A program made the position numbers and the translations under genes. From Stellaceae bacterium (GTDB taxonomy: Bacteria > Pseudomonadota > Alphaproteobacteria > ATCC43930 > CGMCC-115725), in assembly GCA_036008325.1 (NCBI GenBank), contig DASYNW010000199.1:607-64606 (forward strand): a stretch of 64,000 nucleotides of DNA, in the 5' to 3' direction. Under the pieces are notes generated by a model, which was not told the origin of the DNA, did not search any database, and saw only the letters and a list, made by a program, of their open reading frames with translations. Of the stretch, positions 56,474 through 64,000 are shown piece by piece. Within the stretch, counting starts at the first letter, position 1; each line of letters starts with the position of its first letter.

Positions 56474-58743
56474 GCGAGGTTTCGGGCGGCGTCAGCGGAA
56501 CCCGCCGCTTGTTGCGCCGCTTGCGCAACATCATGGCCGGCTCCGCAACCGCCCAGGAGCGGCTCGATCGCATCGTTCGCATCGTCGCCGCGGAGATGGT
56601 CGCCGAAGTCTGCTCGGTCTATGTCATGCGAGCGGGAGAAGTACTCGAACTGTTCGCCACCGAAGGGCTGCGACCGGAGGCGGTGCACCGAACCAGACTT
56701 CGGGTCGGCGAGGGCCTCGTCGGATTGATCGCGGCGACGGCCCGCCCGCTGGCCTTGGCCGACGCGCAGGCTCACCCAGAATTCGCCTATCGGCCGGAGA
56801 CCGGCGAGGAGATCTATCACTCGCTGATGGGGGTGCCGATCCTGCGCGGCGGACGGGTCCTCGGCGTGCTCGCCGTTCAGAACCGGACGTTGCGCCACTA
56901 TGCCGAGGACGAGATCGAGGTTCTGCAGACGATCGCGATGATCGTTGCCGAACTCGTCGCCAGCGGGGAACTCGTCAATCCGCACGAAATTGCTCAGAGC
57001 CATGCCGGTGGAATGCTCCCGGTCCGGCTGGTCGGCGTTCGGCTCAATTCCGGGCTGGCGATCGGCCCCGCGGTGCTGCACGAACCGCGTCTTCCGATCC
57101 GGCAGGTGGTCGCCGAGGACGTCAACTCGGAACTCGAGCGGCTGCGGCATGCGCTCGCGGCGATGCGCGAGTCGATCGATCGGCTCGTGGTGGCGAGCCA
57201 AGGGCTCGGCGACGGCGAGCATCGCGACATTCTGGAAACCTACCGGATGTTTGCCGCCGACCGCGGCTGGGTCGCCCGCATCGCCGCCGCGATCCGCAGC
57301 GGCTTGACCGCGGAGGCCGCGGTGCAAAAAGTTCGCGACGAGACCAGAACCCGCATGATGCAGGCGAGCGACCCCTATTTGCGCGAACGGCTCGTTGATC
57401 TCGAGGATCTCGCCAATCGCCTGCAGCAGCATCTGTCGAACCAGCCGCCGAGTGCGGCATGGGCCGAGCTGCCCGCCGAGTTCGTCCTGGTCGCCCGCGC
57501 AATGGGTCCGGCCGAGCTGCTGGATTACGCCCATCGCCGGATCGTTGGCCTGGTGCTCGAAGAAGGTTCGCCGACCGCGCATGTGGCGATCGTCGCCCGG
57601 GCTCTCGACATTCCCGTCGTCGGCCGGGTCGAGAACGCGGCGAGCCGGATCGAGAACGCCGACATCATCATCGTCGATGGCGATCATGCGCAAATCCTGA
57701 TCAGGCCCAGCGCGGATATTCAGCACTCGGTGGCGGCGGCGGTCGAGGCGCGAACCCGCCGGCGCGCGCTCCACGACAGCCTGCGCACCGCCCCGGCAAT
57801 CACCCGCGACGGGGTCGGAATCAAGCTGCTGCTGAATGCGGGATTGCTGATCGACATGCCGCAATTGGCGGCAACCGGCGCCGAAGGCGTCGGACTGTTT
57901 CGCACCGAAATTCCGTTTATGGTGCGCGATACTTTTCCGGCAGTCGACGATCAGACCGAATTCTATCGCAGCGTCTTCGATCAGGCGGACGGTCGCCCGG
58001 TGGTGTTCCGCACCCTCGACATCGGCGGCGACAAACTGCTGCCCTACCTGCCGCATGCGGCAGAGGACAACCCGGCGATGGGTTGGCGGGCGATCCGCAT
58101 CGGGCTCGATCGGCCGGCGATGCTGCGCGAGCAATTGCGTGCCTTGGTGCGTGCCGCCGAGGGCCGCGACCTGCTCGTCAAGTTCCCGATGATTGCCGAG
58201 CTTGCGGAGCTCGAACGGGCTCGTGCGCTGCTCGATATGGAGCTCGCCCGCGCCGCCGTCGAAGGCCGCACGCTACCCGCATCGGTCAAGACCGGCGTCA
58301 TGCTCGAAGTGCCGGCGCTGCTGTGGCAGCTGCCCGCCCTGTGCCAAAGGATCGACTTCCTGTCGATCGGCACCAACGATTTACTGCAGTTTTTGTTTGC
58401 CTGCGATCGCGGTAACCCACGGCTTGCCGATCGTTACGATTCGCTGTCGATGCCGATGCTGGCGTTGTTGCGCGAGGTCGTCGCGCAGACTTGCGCGGCT
58501 GCGGTGCCGCTGAGCATGTGCGGCGAGATGGCGGGCAACCCGATCGAGGCCATGGTGCTGATCGCTCTGGGATTTCGGACATTGTCGATGGCCGGGACGG
58601 CAATCGGCCCGGTCAAGACGATGATCCGCAGCCTCGATGCCGCCGCGGTCGCCGAGTATGTCGGCGAAATCGGTGAAAGACCTGACCATTCGCTCAGGCC
58701 AAAGCTCGAAGCCTATGCCCGGGACCATGCGATCGCATTGTGA
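56470..58743 (+). CDS. ptsP: Phosphoenolpyruvate--protein phosphotransferase PtsP (EI-Ntr, N-terminal GAF domain)
   Basis: The GAF region reads EVCSVYVMRAGEVLELFATEGL...GLVG. The EI core has GSPTAHVAIVARALDIPVV, GLFRTEIPFM and SIGTNDLLQF. Only the part of track ORF 55756..58743 from ATG 56470 onward is credible. Confidence 0.95.
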   Translation: MSEVSGGVSGTRRLLRRLRNIMAGSATAQERLDRIVRIVAAEMVAEVCSVYVMRAGEVLELFATEGLRPEAVHRTRLRVGEGLVGLIAATARPLALADAQAHPEFAYRPETGEEIYHSLMGVPILRGGRVLGVLAVQNRTLRHYAEDEIEVLQTIAMIVAELVASGELVNPHEIAQSHAGGMLPVRLVGVRLNSGLAIGPAVLHEPRLPIRQVVAEDVNSELERLRHALAAMRESIDRLVVASQGLGDGEHRDILETYRMFAADRGWVARIAAAIRSGLTAEAAVQKVRDETRTRMMQASDPYLRERLVDLEDLANRLQQHLSNQPPSAAWAELPAEFVLVARAMGPAELLDYAHRRIVGLVLEEGSPTAHVAIVARALDIPVVGRVENAASRIENADIIIVDGDHAQILIRPSADIQHSVAAAVEARTRRRALHDSLRTAPAITRDGVGIKLLLNAGLLIDMPQLAATGAEGVGLFRTEIPFMVRDTFPAVDDQTEFYRSVFDQADGRPVVFRTLDIGGDKLLPYLPHAAEDNPAMGWRAIRIGLDRPAMLREQLRALVRAAEGRDLLVKFPMIAELAELERARALLDMELARAAVEGRTLPASVKTGVMLEVPALLWQLPALCQRIDFLSIGTNDLLQFLFACDRGNPRLADRYDSLSMPMLALLREVVAQTCAAAVPLSMCGEMAGNPIEAMVLIALGFRTLSMAGTAIGPVKTMIRSLDAAAVAEYVGEIGERPDHSLRPKLEAYARDHAIAL

Positions 58744-58912
58744 GATCAGGGAGCGCGAGCGCCCCGTGGACGGCTTGTGATCGATCCTCGCCGCCTCGCC
58801 CCGGCCGGAGCACCTGGCGGCTCGGATATGGCTGGAGCAGGCAAAAGGTCGGGTCGGGGCGATTGGACACGGGGGAGCCCGTTGGTTAAGGTCGCGCCGC
58901 AGGGCAACCCGT

Positions 58913-59914
58913 TTGACCGCTTTGTTTCACCGGACCAACACCCCGCGGGCGAAGATTGGAGCCGAAGACGAAACCCCGGCTCCGGCCGGGCCGCGCTCGG
59001 CCGGCGATGTTCTGCGGCAACAGCGTGCCGCGCTCGGCCTCGATCTCGGCGAGGTGGCGAGGGAGCTTCGGATCAAGCCTGTCTATTTGGCCGCGCTCGA
59101 AGAGGGTCGCCCGGACCGTCTGCCCGGCCCGGCTTACGCAATCGGTTTTCTGCGGGTCTATGGCGATCATCTGGGGCTCGACAGCGGCGAGATCCTGCGC
59201 CGCTTCAGGCTCGAGGCCGCGGGGCTCGACGCTAAACCCGACCTCTCGTTCCCGATGCCGTTGGGCGAGCGCAGCCTACCCGGCAGGACGGCGCTGCTGG
59301 TGGCGGTGGTCCTGACTATCTGCGGATACGCGAGCTGGTATTACCTGGCAACTGGCGAACATTCGCGGCCCGAGCGGGTGACCGAGGTGCCGGCAAACCT
59401 CCTGCTGTCAAATTCGGCTCTGCCGGCGAATTGGTCAAAACCGGCCACAGCGCCGATAACCGCGCCGGCAGCTCCCGCCGCGCCGACCCTCCCCGCTACC
59501 CCGAGCACGAGCACAGTCCCAAGCCCAGTCTCAGCCATCGTCAACGCGCCGCCCCCCACCCCCGCCAGCAGCCAGGATGCGGCGGCCGGCGGCCCACCGG
59601 AGTCGCAGAGCGCAGCACCGAGCGCCTACGGCACCGTCGGCGTACCGGCGCGGATCGTCTTGCGCGCTACCGCTGATAGTTGGATCCAGGTGCGTGAAGC
59701 GGATCACAGGGTGCTGTTCAGCGGCGTCCTGAAGGCCGGGCAGAGCTATCCTGTGCCCGATCGGCCCGGCTTGTCGATGCGAGCCGGCAACGCCGGCGGG
59801 CTCGATGTCACGGTCGACGGCAAACCCACGGCATCGCTGGGTCCGACCGGCGCCGTGCGCAATATCGTGCTCGATCCGCGATCGCTGGCGGCGACGACCA
59901 CGGGCCAGAATTGA
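58913..59914 (+). CDS. rodZ: RodZ-like cytoskeleton protein (HTH, TM helix, P/A-rich linker, DUF4115-like C-terminus)
   Basis: [33 protein letters not shown] is the HTH region. A TM helix ([18 protein letters not shown]) and a C-terminal [13 protein letters not shown]...[12 protein letters not shown] follow. The position upstream of ispG is conserved. The start is uncertain (TTG 58913). Confidence 0.75.
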   Translation: MTALFHRTNTPRAKIGAEDETPAPAGPRSAGDVLRQQRAALGLDLGEVARELRIKPVYLAALEEGRPDRLPGPAYAIGFLRVYGDHLGLDSGEILRRFRLEAAGLDAKPDLSFPMPLGERSLPGRTALLVAVVLTICGYASWYYLATGEHSRPERVTEVPANLLLSNSALPANWSKPATAPITAPAAPAAPTLPATPSTSTVPSPVSAIVNAPPPTPASSQDAAAGGPPESQSAAPSAYGTVGVPARIVLRATADSWIQVREADHRVLFSGVLKAGQSYPVPDRPGLSMRAGNAGGLDVTVDGKPTASLGPTGAVRNIVLDPRSLAATTTGQN

Positions 59915-59996
59915 GCGCCGCTCGGTTGCCTGCGTCTTTTGTGCGCCGCCGAAACGATCTATATGCGTGTTCCAAGAGATCACCCGAGCGAGGTCG

Positions 59997-61133
59997 ATGA
60001 TGAGCGTCAGGCCCTACCGCGACATCCACCGCCGCACCTGCCGCAAGATCTACGTCGGCAAGGTGCCGGTCGGCGGCGACGCGCCGATCACCGTGCAGTC
60101 GATGACCAACACGGTGACGAGCGACGTCAAGGCGACGGTCGGGCAGGTCCAGGCGCTCGAACGCGCCGGTGCCGACATCGTCCGGGTGTCGTGTCCCGAC
60201 CAGGAATCGGCGCTGGCGCTCAAGGACATCGTGCGCCAGGTGACGGTGCCGATCGTCGCCGACATCCATTTCCATTATCGCCGGGCAATCGAGGCGGCGC
60301 AGAGCGGTGCGGCCTGCCTGCGCATAAATCCGGGCAATATCGGCTCGTCCGAGCGGGTGCGCGAGGTGATCAAGGCGGCCAAGGATCACGGCTGCTCGAT
60401 GCGGATCGGGGTCAATGCCGGCTCGCTCGAGCGCGACCTGCTCGAGAAGTATGGCGAGCCCTGCCCCGAGGCGATGGTCGAAAGCGCGTTGAACCATGCC
60501 AGGATCCTCGAGGACAACGATTTCTTCGAGTTCAAGATCTCGTGCAAGGCCTCCGACGTGTTTCTTGCCGTCGCCGCCTATCAGCAACTGGCCGAAGCCT
60601 GCGACTATCCTCTGCATCTCGGCATCACCGAAGCCGGAGGGCTGCGCAGCGGCACAGTTAAATCATCGATCGGGCTCGGCATGCTGATGTGGTCGGGGAT
60701 CGGCGACACCATCCGGGTGTCGCTGTCGGCCGACCCGGTCGAAGAGGTCAAGGCCGGGTTCGAGATGCTGAAATCGCTGAATTTGCGGCGCCGCGGAGTG
60801 ACCGTGATTTCGTGCCCGTCCTGCGCGCGCCAGCAATTCGAGGTGATCAAGACTGTTGAGCGCCTCGAAGAGCGCCTCGCCCACATCACCACGCCGCTGA
60901 CCGTCTCGGTGATCGGCTGCGTCGTCAACGGCCCGGGTGAAGCGCGCGAGACCGACATCGGCTTTACCGGGGGCGGCAATGGGACCCATCAGGTGTATAT
61001 CAGCGGCCTGACCGATCATCGCCTCAAGGGGGCGGATATCGTCGATCACCTCGTCGAACTGATCGAGAAGAAGGCGGCCGAGATCGAGGGGCAGCGCAAG
61101 GCGGCCGAGCTGGTTGCGGCGCCTGCGCAGTAG
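59997..61133 (+). CDS. ispG: 4-hydroxy-3-methylbut-2-en-1-yl diphosphate synthase IspG
   Basis: [39 protein letters not shown] and SCPSCARQ...GCVVNGPGE are present. Start ATG 59997. Confidence 0.95.
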   Translation: MMSVRPYRDIHRRTCRKIYVGKVPVGGDAPITVQSMTNTVTSDVKATVGQVQALERAGADIVRVSCPDQESALALKDIVRQVTVPIVADIHFHYRRAIEAAQSGAACLRINPGNIGSSERVREVIKAAKDHGCSMRIGVNAGSLERDLLEKYGEPCPEAMVESALNHARILEDNDFFEFKISCKASDVFLAVAAYQQLAEACDYPLHLGITEAGGLRSGTVKSSIGLGMLMWSGIGDTIRVSLSADPVEEVKAGFEMLKSLNLRRRGVTVISCPSCARQQFEVIKTVERLEERLAHITTPLTVSVIGCVVNGPGEARETDIGFTGGGNGTHQVYISGLTDHRLKGADIVDHLVELIEKKAAEIEGQRKAAELVAAPAQ

Positions 61134-61182
61134 CTCTGTGGTCGAGCCGGTCGTGGCGCGCGGGCGTGCGTTGCGGCCGAGC

Positions 61183-62403
61183 TTACTCGGATTGAGGTGT
61201 GGATATCGAGGCCGGCCCTGCGGCAAGACTATCCCGCCGCGTGCGCGCAAGGATCACCAGCACAAGGGCGGCGACAGCGCAGGGGGCGAGCAGGACGTGC
61301 GTATAGGCGCCGAGTGGCCGGGAAACGAGCGGCGCTATCGCGTTTGCCGCCAATATGGTCCGTTCCCAAGGTCGCGCGCCGCGGCGTCCCTGTATTTGAA
61401 CGAGCCACGCCATGACCAGGGCGACGACCACGAGGTCGTAATCCAGAAAGAACGGCGAGGCGAGCGGCAACGCCGCTGCGAGAGAGGCGCCCCTGATTGC
61501 AGTATCGGGCGAATGCCGCCAACACCAAACGATGATCGCCGCCAATCCCAAGGCGGCGAGCGCCTGGATGGCCGCTGCCGCGGCAGGCGTCCCGCCGAGA
61601 AGACGGACTGCGGCAAAGACCGACGCGAATTTGTAATAGGGAACCAACCCGGATTCGAGCATTTGCCCGGCGAACGGCAGATTGGCGCGGAATCCGGCCC
61701 AGACACAGCTTCCGAACAGAACGTCGCTCGTAATCGCGAGAACGAGGAGGGTAAACATCGCCGCGCCGATTGCCCGCCATTGGCCGATGGCGATCAAGGC
61801 GACCGGCACCAGCAATGCCAATTGCGGTTTGAATGCGAGTATGCCGAACAGTATCCCGGCCGTGACCGGTCGCCGATCCAACAGCAGCACACCCCATCCG
61901 AGCAGACCGGTGGTCAACAATGCGTTCTGACCATGGCCGATGGTCACCAGCACGGCGGGATAGGCGAGACCCGCCCAAAGCGTCAGCGGCCGGGGCAAAA
62001 TTCGCCACAGCGCGGTCAGATATAGGGCAGCACCGAGGACCAGCCAAAGCGTGAGGGACCACAGATAGGGAAGAAGGGCCAGCGGGTACACGATCAGCAG
62101 CGCATTGGGCGGGTATTCCCAGGCATAGAAAGCCGTGCGCGCGGGGTGGATCATCGCCTGCTCCAGGCCGGCGAGCGCCTCGGGATGGTAGATCGTATGC
62201 GCCTGCCCATGGAGCAGCGCCCACGATACGGTCCAAAAGCTGAGGAAATCGGTGCCGACCGGTCGTCCGAGCGGGTCGGTGATGCCGGGTCCGGCCAAGG
62301 TCCAGGCGATCATCGCAACGGCAGCGAGGATCAGGATGGTCGCGTAGGCGCGCAGCCGATCCGGTGTGAGCCACGGAGCGTCTCGCAAAAAAGCGGCGAA
62401 CAA
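61183..62403 (-). CDS. Polytopic membrane glycosyltransferase-like protein (GT87 / DUF2029 family)
   Basis: It has about 10 TM helices. The motifs PVGTDFLSFWTVSWALLHG, YPPNALL, GQNALLTTGLL and FKPQLALL are typical of DUF2029-type mannosyltransferase-like proteins. Start TTG 62403 is uncertain. Confidence 0.75.
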   Translation of the reverse strand: MFAAFLRDAPWLTPDRLRAYATILILAAVAMIAWTLAGPGITDPLGRPVGTDFLSFWTVSWALLHGQAHTIYHPEALAGLEQAMIHPARTAFYAWEYPPNALLIVYPLALLPYLWSLTLWLVLGAALYLTALWRILPRPLTLWAGLAYPAVLVTIGHGQNALLTTGLLGWGVLLLDRRPVTAGILFGILAFKPQLALLVPVALIAIGQWRAIGAAMFTLLVLAITSDVLFGSCVWAGFRANLPFAGQMLESGLVPYYKFASVFAAVRLLGGTPAAAAAIQALAALGLAAIIVWCWRHSPDTAIRGASLAAALPLASPFFLDYDLVVVALVMAWLVQIQGRRGARPWERTILAANAIAPLVSRPLGAYTHVLLAPCAVAALVLVILARTRRDSLAAGPASISTPQSE

Positions 62404-62589
62404 GGGGTACCTCGCGCGGCAGCCGATAACGGCGGCTCGGCAACGATAGCCGGCGCTGGTTAGAAGATGGTTGAGAGCCGGTAAAAGGCCTAGCCGCGGG
62501 CGAGCGTTGCGTCGACAGCCGCCGCGACGCCCACTATGTATTGGGCGCCACCCTTCCGACGGCGGACGAGATGGCCGGAGAATTCGCCT

Positions 62590-63837
62590 ATGCCACCCTT
62601 GCAGCCGGCTCGCGGCACCCAGGACCTACTGCCCGAGGCGGCGCGGCGCCACCGCCGGGTCAGCGAGACGGCGCGCGCGGTTTCCGAGCTCTACGGGTTT
62701 GCCGAGATGGCAACCCCGATTTTCGAGTTCACCGAGGTCTTCGCCCGTCCGATCGGCGAGCACACCGACATCGTCGCGAAGGAAATGTATACATTCGCGG
62801 ACCGTGGCGGCGAGGAGGTCACCTTGCGCCCGGAGAATACCGCCGGCGTGGTGCGCGCCGTGCTCTCGAACGGGCTGACCCAGGCGACGCCGCTGAAGTT
62901 TTTCTATAGCGGCCCGATGTTTCGCTATGAGCGGCCGCAGAAGGGACGATTTCGCCAATTTCACCAAATCGGGGTCGAGCTGCTCGGTGTGGCCCAGCCC
63001 CAGGGCGACGTCGAGATCATCGCGCTCGGCAATCGCATCCTCGCCGCTCTCGGTGTGCGCGAGCGCACCGTGCTCGAGCTCAACACCCTGGGAGACCCGG
63101 CAAGCCGCGCCGCCTATCGCGAGGCGCTGGTCTCCTATTTCTCGGCCCATGCTCAGAATTTATCTGAGGATAGCCGGCGCCGGCTCGAGCGCAACCCGTT
63201 GCGAATTTTTGATTCGAAGCACGATGCAGATCAGCGCATCAGCGCCGATGCACCAGCCTTTGCCGAGTATTTGAACGCGGCCGCGCGCGATTTCTTTTCC
63301 CGCGTGCGCGACGGGCTCGATCGGCTCGGCATCGAATATCGGCTGAACCCGCGTCTGGTTCGCGGCCTCGACTACTACACCCATACGGCCTTCGAATTCA
63401 TTACCTCCGACCTCGGCGCGCAGGGGACGGTGATGGGCGGCGGCCGGTATGACGGGCTGGTCGAAACAATGGGCGGCCCGGCAATGCCGGGCGTAGGGTG
63501 GGCCGCCGGGATCGAGCGCCTGGCCATGCTGATCGCCGCGCCGCCGGCAGCGCCGCGTCCGGTCGCGGTCGTGCCGCTGGGGGAAGCTGCCCAATCGATG
63601 GCGTTGAACCTGGCCGAGGAGCTACGCGAGGCGGGGCTGGTCGTAGAGCTCGGCTATTCGGGCAATCTGCAGCGGCGGTTGGGGCGCGCCAACCGGATGA
63701 ACGCGCGTGCCGCGGTGCTGATCGGCGAGGACGAAATGAAAATCAATTCGGTGTCGCTGCTGGATCTCGATAGCCGCGAGCAGGAAACTGTTCCGCTCGG
63801 CGAGCTGCTGCCGCGACTCCAGGTACTCTGCAGCTGA
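62590..63837 (+). CDS. hisS: Histidine--tRNA ligase
   Basis: [54 protein letters not shown] and GGGRYDGL are present. ATG 62590 is preceded by GGAGAA. Confidence 0.95.
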   Translation: MPPLQPARGTQDLLPEAARRHRRVSETARAVSELYGFAEMATPIFEFTEVFARPIGEHTDIVAKEMYTFADRGGEEVTLRPENTAGVVRAVLSNGLTQATPLKFFYSGPMFRYERPQKGRFRQFHQIGVELLGVAQPQGDVEIIALGNRILAALGVRERTVLELNTLGDPASRAAYREALVSYFSAHAQNLSEDSRRRLERNPLRIFDSKHDADQRISADAPAFAEYLNAAARDFFSRVRDGLDRLGIEYRLNPRLVRGLDYYTHTAFEFITSDLGAQGTVMGGGRYDGLVETMGGPAMPGVGWAAGIERLAMLIAAPPAAPRPVAVVPLGEAAQSMALNLAEELREAGLVVELGYSGNLQRRLGRANRMNARAAVLIGEDEMKINSVSLLDLDSREQETVPLGELLPRLQVLCS

Positions 63838-63847
63838 GCCGGGGCGC

Positions 63848-64000
63848 ATGGAAGCTGGGCTCGAAGCGCGTCTGCAGCAGCTGCGCCGGCGCCATGCTGA
63901 ACTGGGTGCTGCGCTCAGCGGTAGCGGGCTCGGGGGCGCCGCGATCAAAAAATTAGCAAAAGAATACAGCGAGCTGACGCCGATCGTTGCCGAGCTCGAC
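63848..64000 (+). CDS. prfA: Peptide chain release factor 1, N-terminal fragment (runs off the window end)
   Basis: MEAGLEARLQQLRRRHAELGAALSG...IKKLAKEYSELTPIVAELD matches the RF1 N-terminal helical region pattern. Confidence 0.8.
   Translation, partial: MEAGLEARLQQLRRRHAELGAALSGSGLGGAAIKKLAKEYSELTPIVAELD

Overview
GC-rich alphaproteobacterial chromosomal window. The gene order looks Hyphomicrobiales/Rhizobiales-like, and almost all of it is core genome. I found no integrase, transposase, CRISPR array, tRNA or recognisable defence system.

Layout:
- 0-1.6 kb: partial Nramp transporter and a TonB-like gene.
- 1.6-25.2 kb, minus strand: ligA-recN-bamD-lpxC, then a tightly coupled dcw cluster in the order mraZ rsmH ftsL ftsI murE murF mraY ftsW murG murC murB ddl ftsQ ftsA ftsZ. 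murD is conspicuously missing.
- Upstream of mraZ: a phased array of five [A/G]TGGG pentamers (candidate MraZ operator).
- 25.9-26.35 kb: a clear type-A RNase P RNA (rnpB). The ORF track covers it with spurious ORFs.
- 26.4-37 kb, metabolic/accessory: secreted beta-helix protein, EamA and MFS transporters, amidohydrolase, NHL propeller, a LigB-type extradiol dioxygenase plus Rieske oxygenase pair, and an M20 peptidase.
- 37-53 kb: GFA protein, aminopeptidase P with an unusual N-terminal extension, two DUF1127 genes, prmA, dnaB, RpiR and LysR regulators, a PEP-CTERM protein behind a very AT-rich tract, SDR, a glycine-zipper lipoprotein, LLM oxidoreductase and a CmcJ-like oxidoreductase.
- 53-64 kb: ubiG / lysC-NMO-ptsP, then rodZ-ispG-(GT87)-hisS-prfA.

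The most unusual observations are:
- the MraZ-box array
- the murD gap
- a prmA reading frame that runs through a terminator palindrome and antisense across a DUF1127 gene
- a possible UPF0149-aminopeptidase P fusion
- a low-GC cassette of two small genes whose first stop codon sits inside a 16-bp tandem duplication
- several perfect short tandem duplications

None of these amounts to a demonstrable new multi-gene system. All homology calls come from motif recognition by eye, not from database searches.
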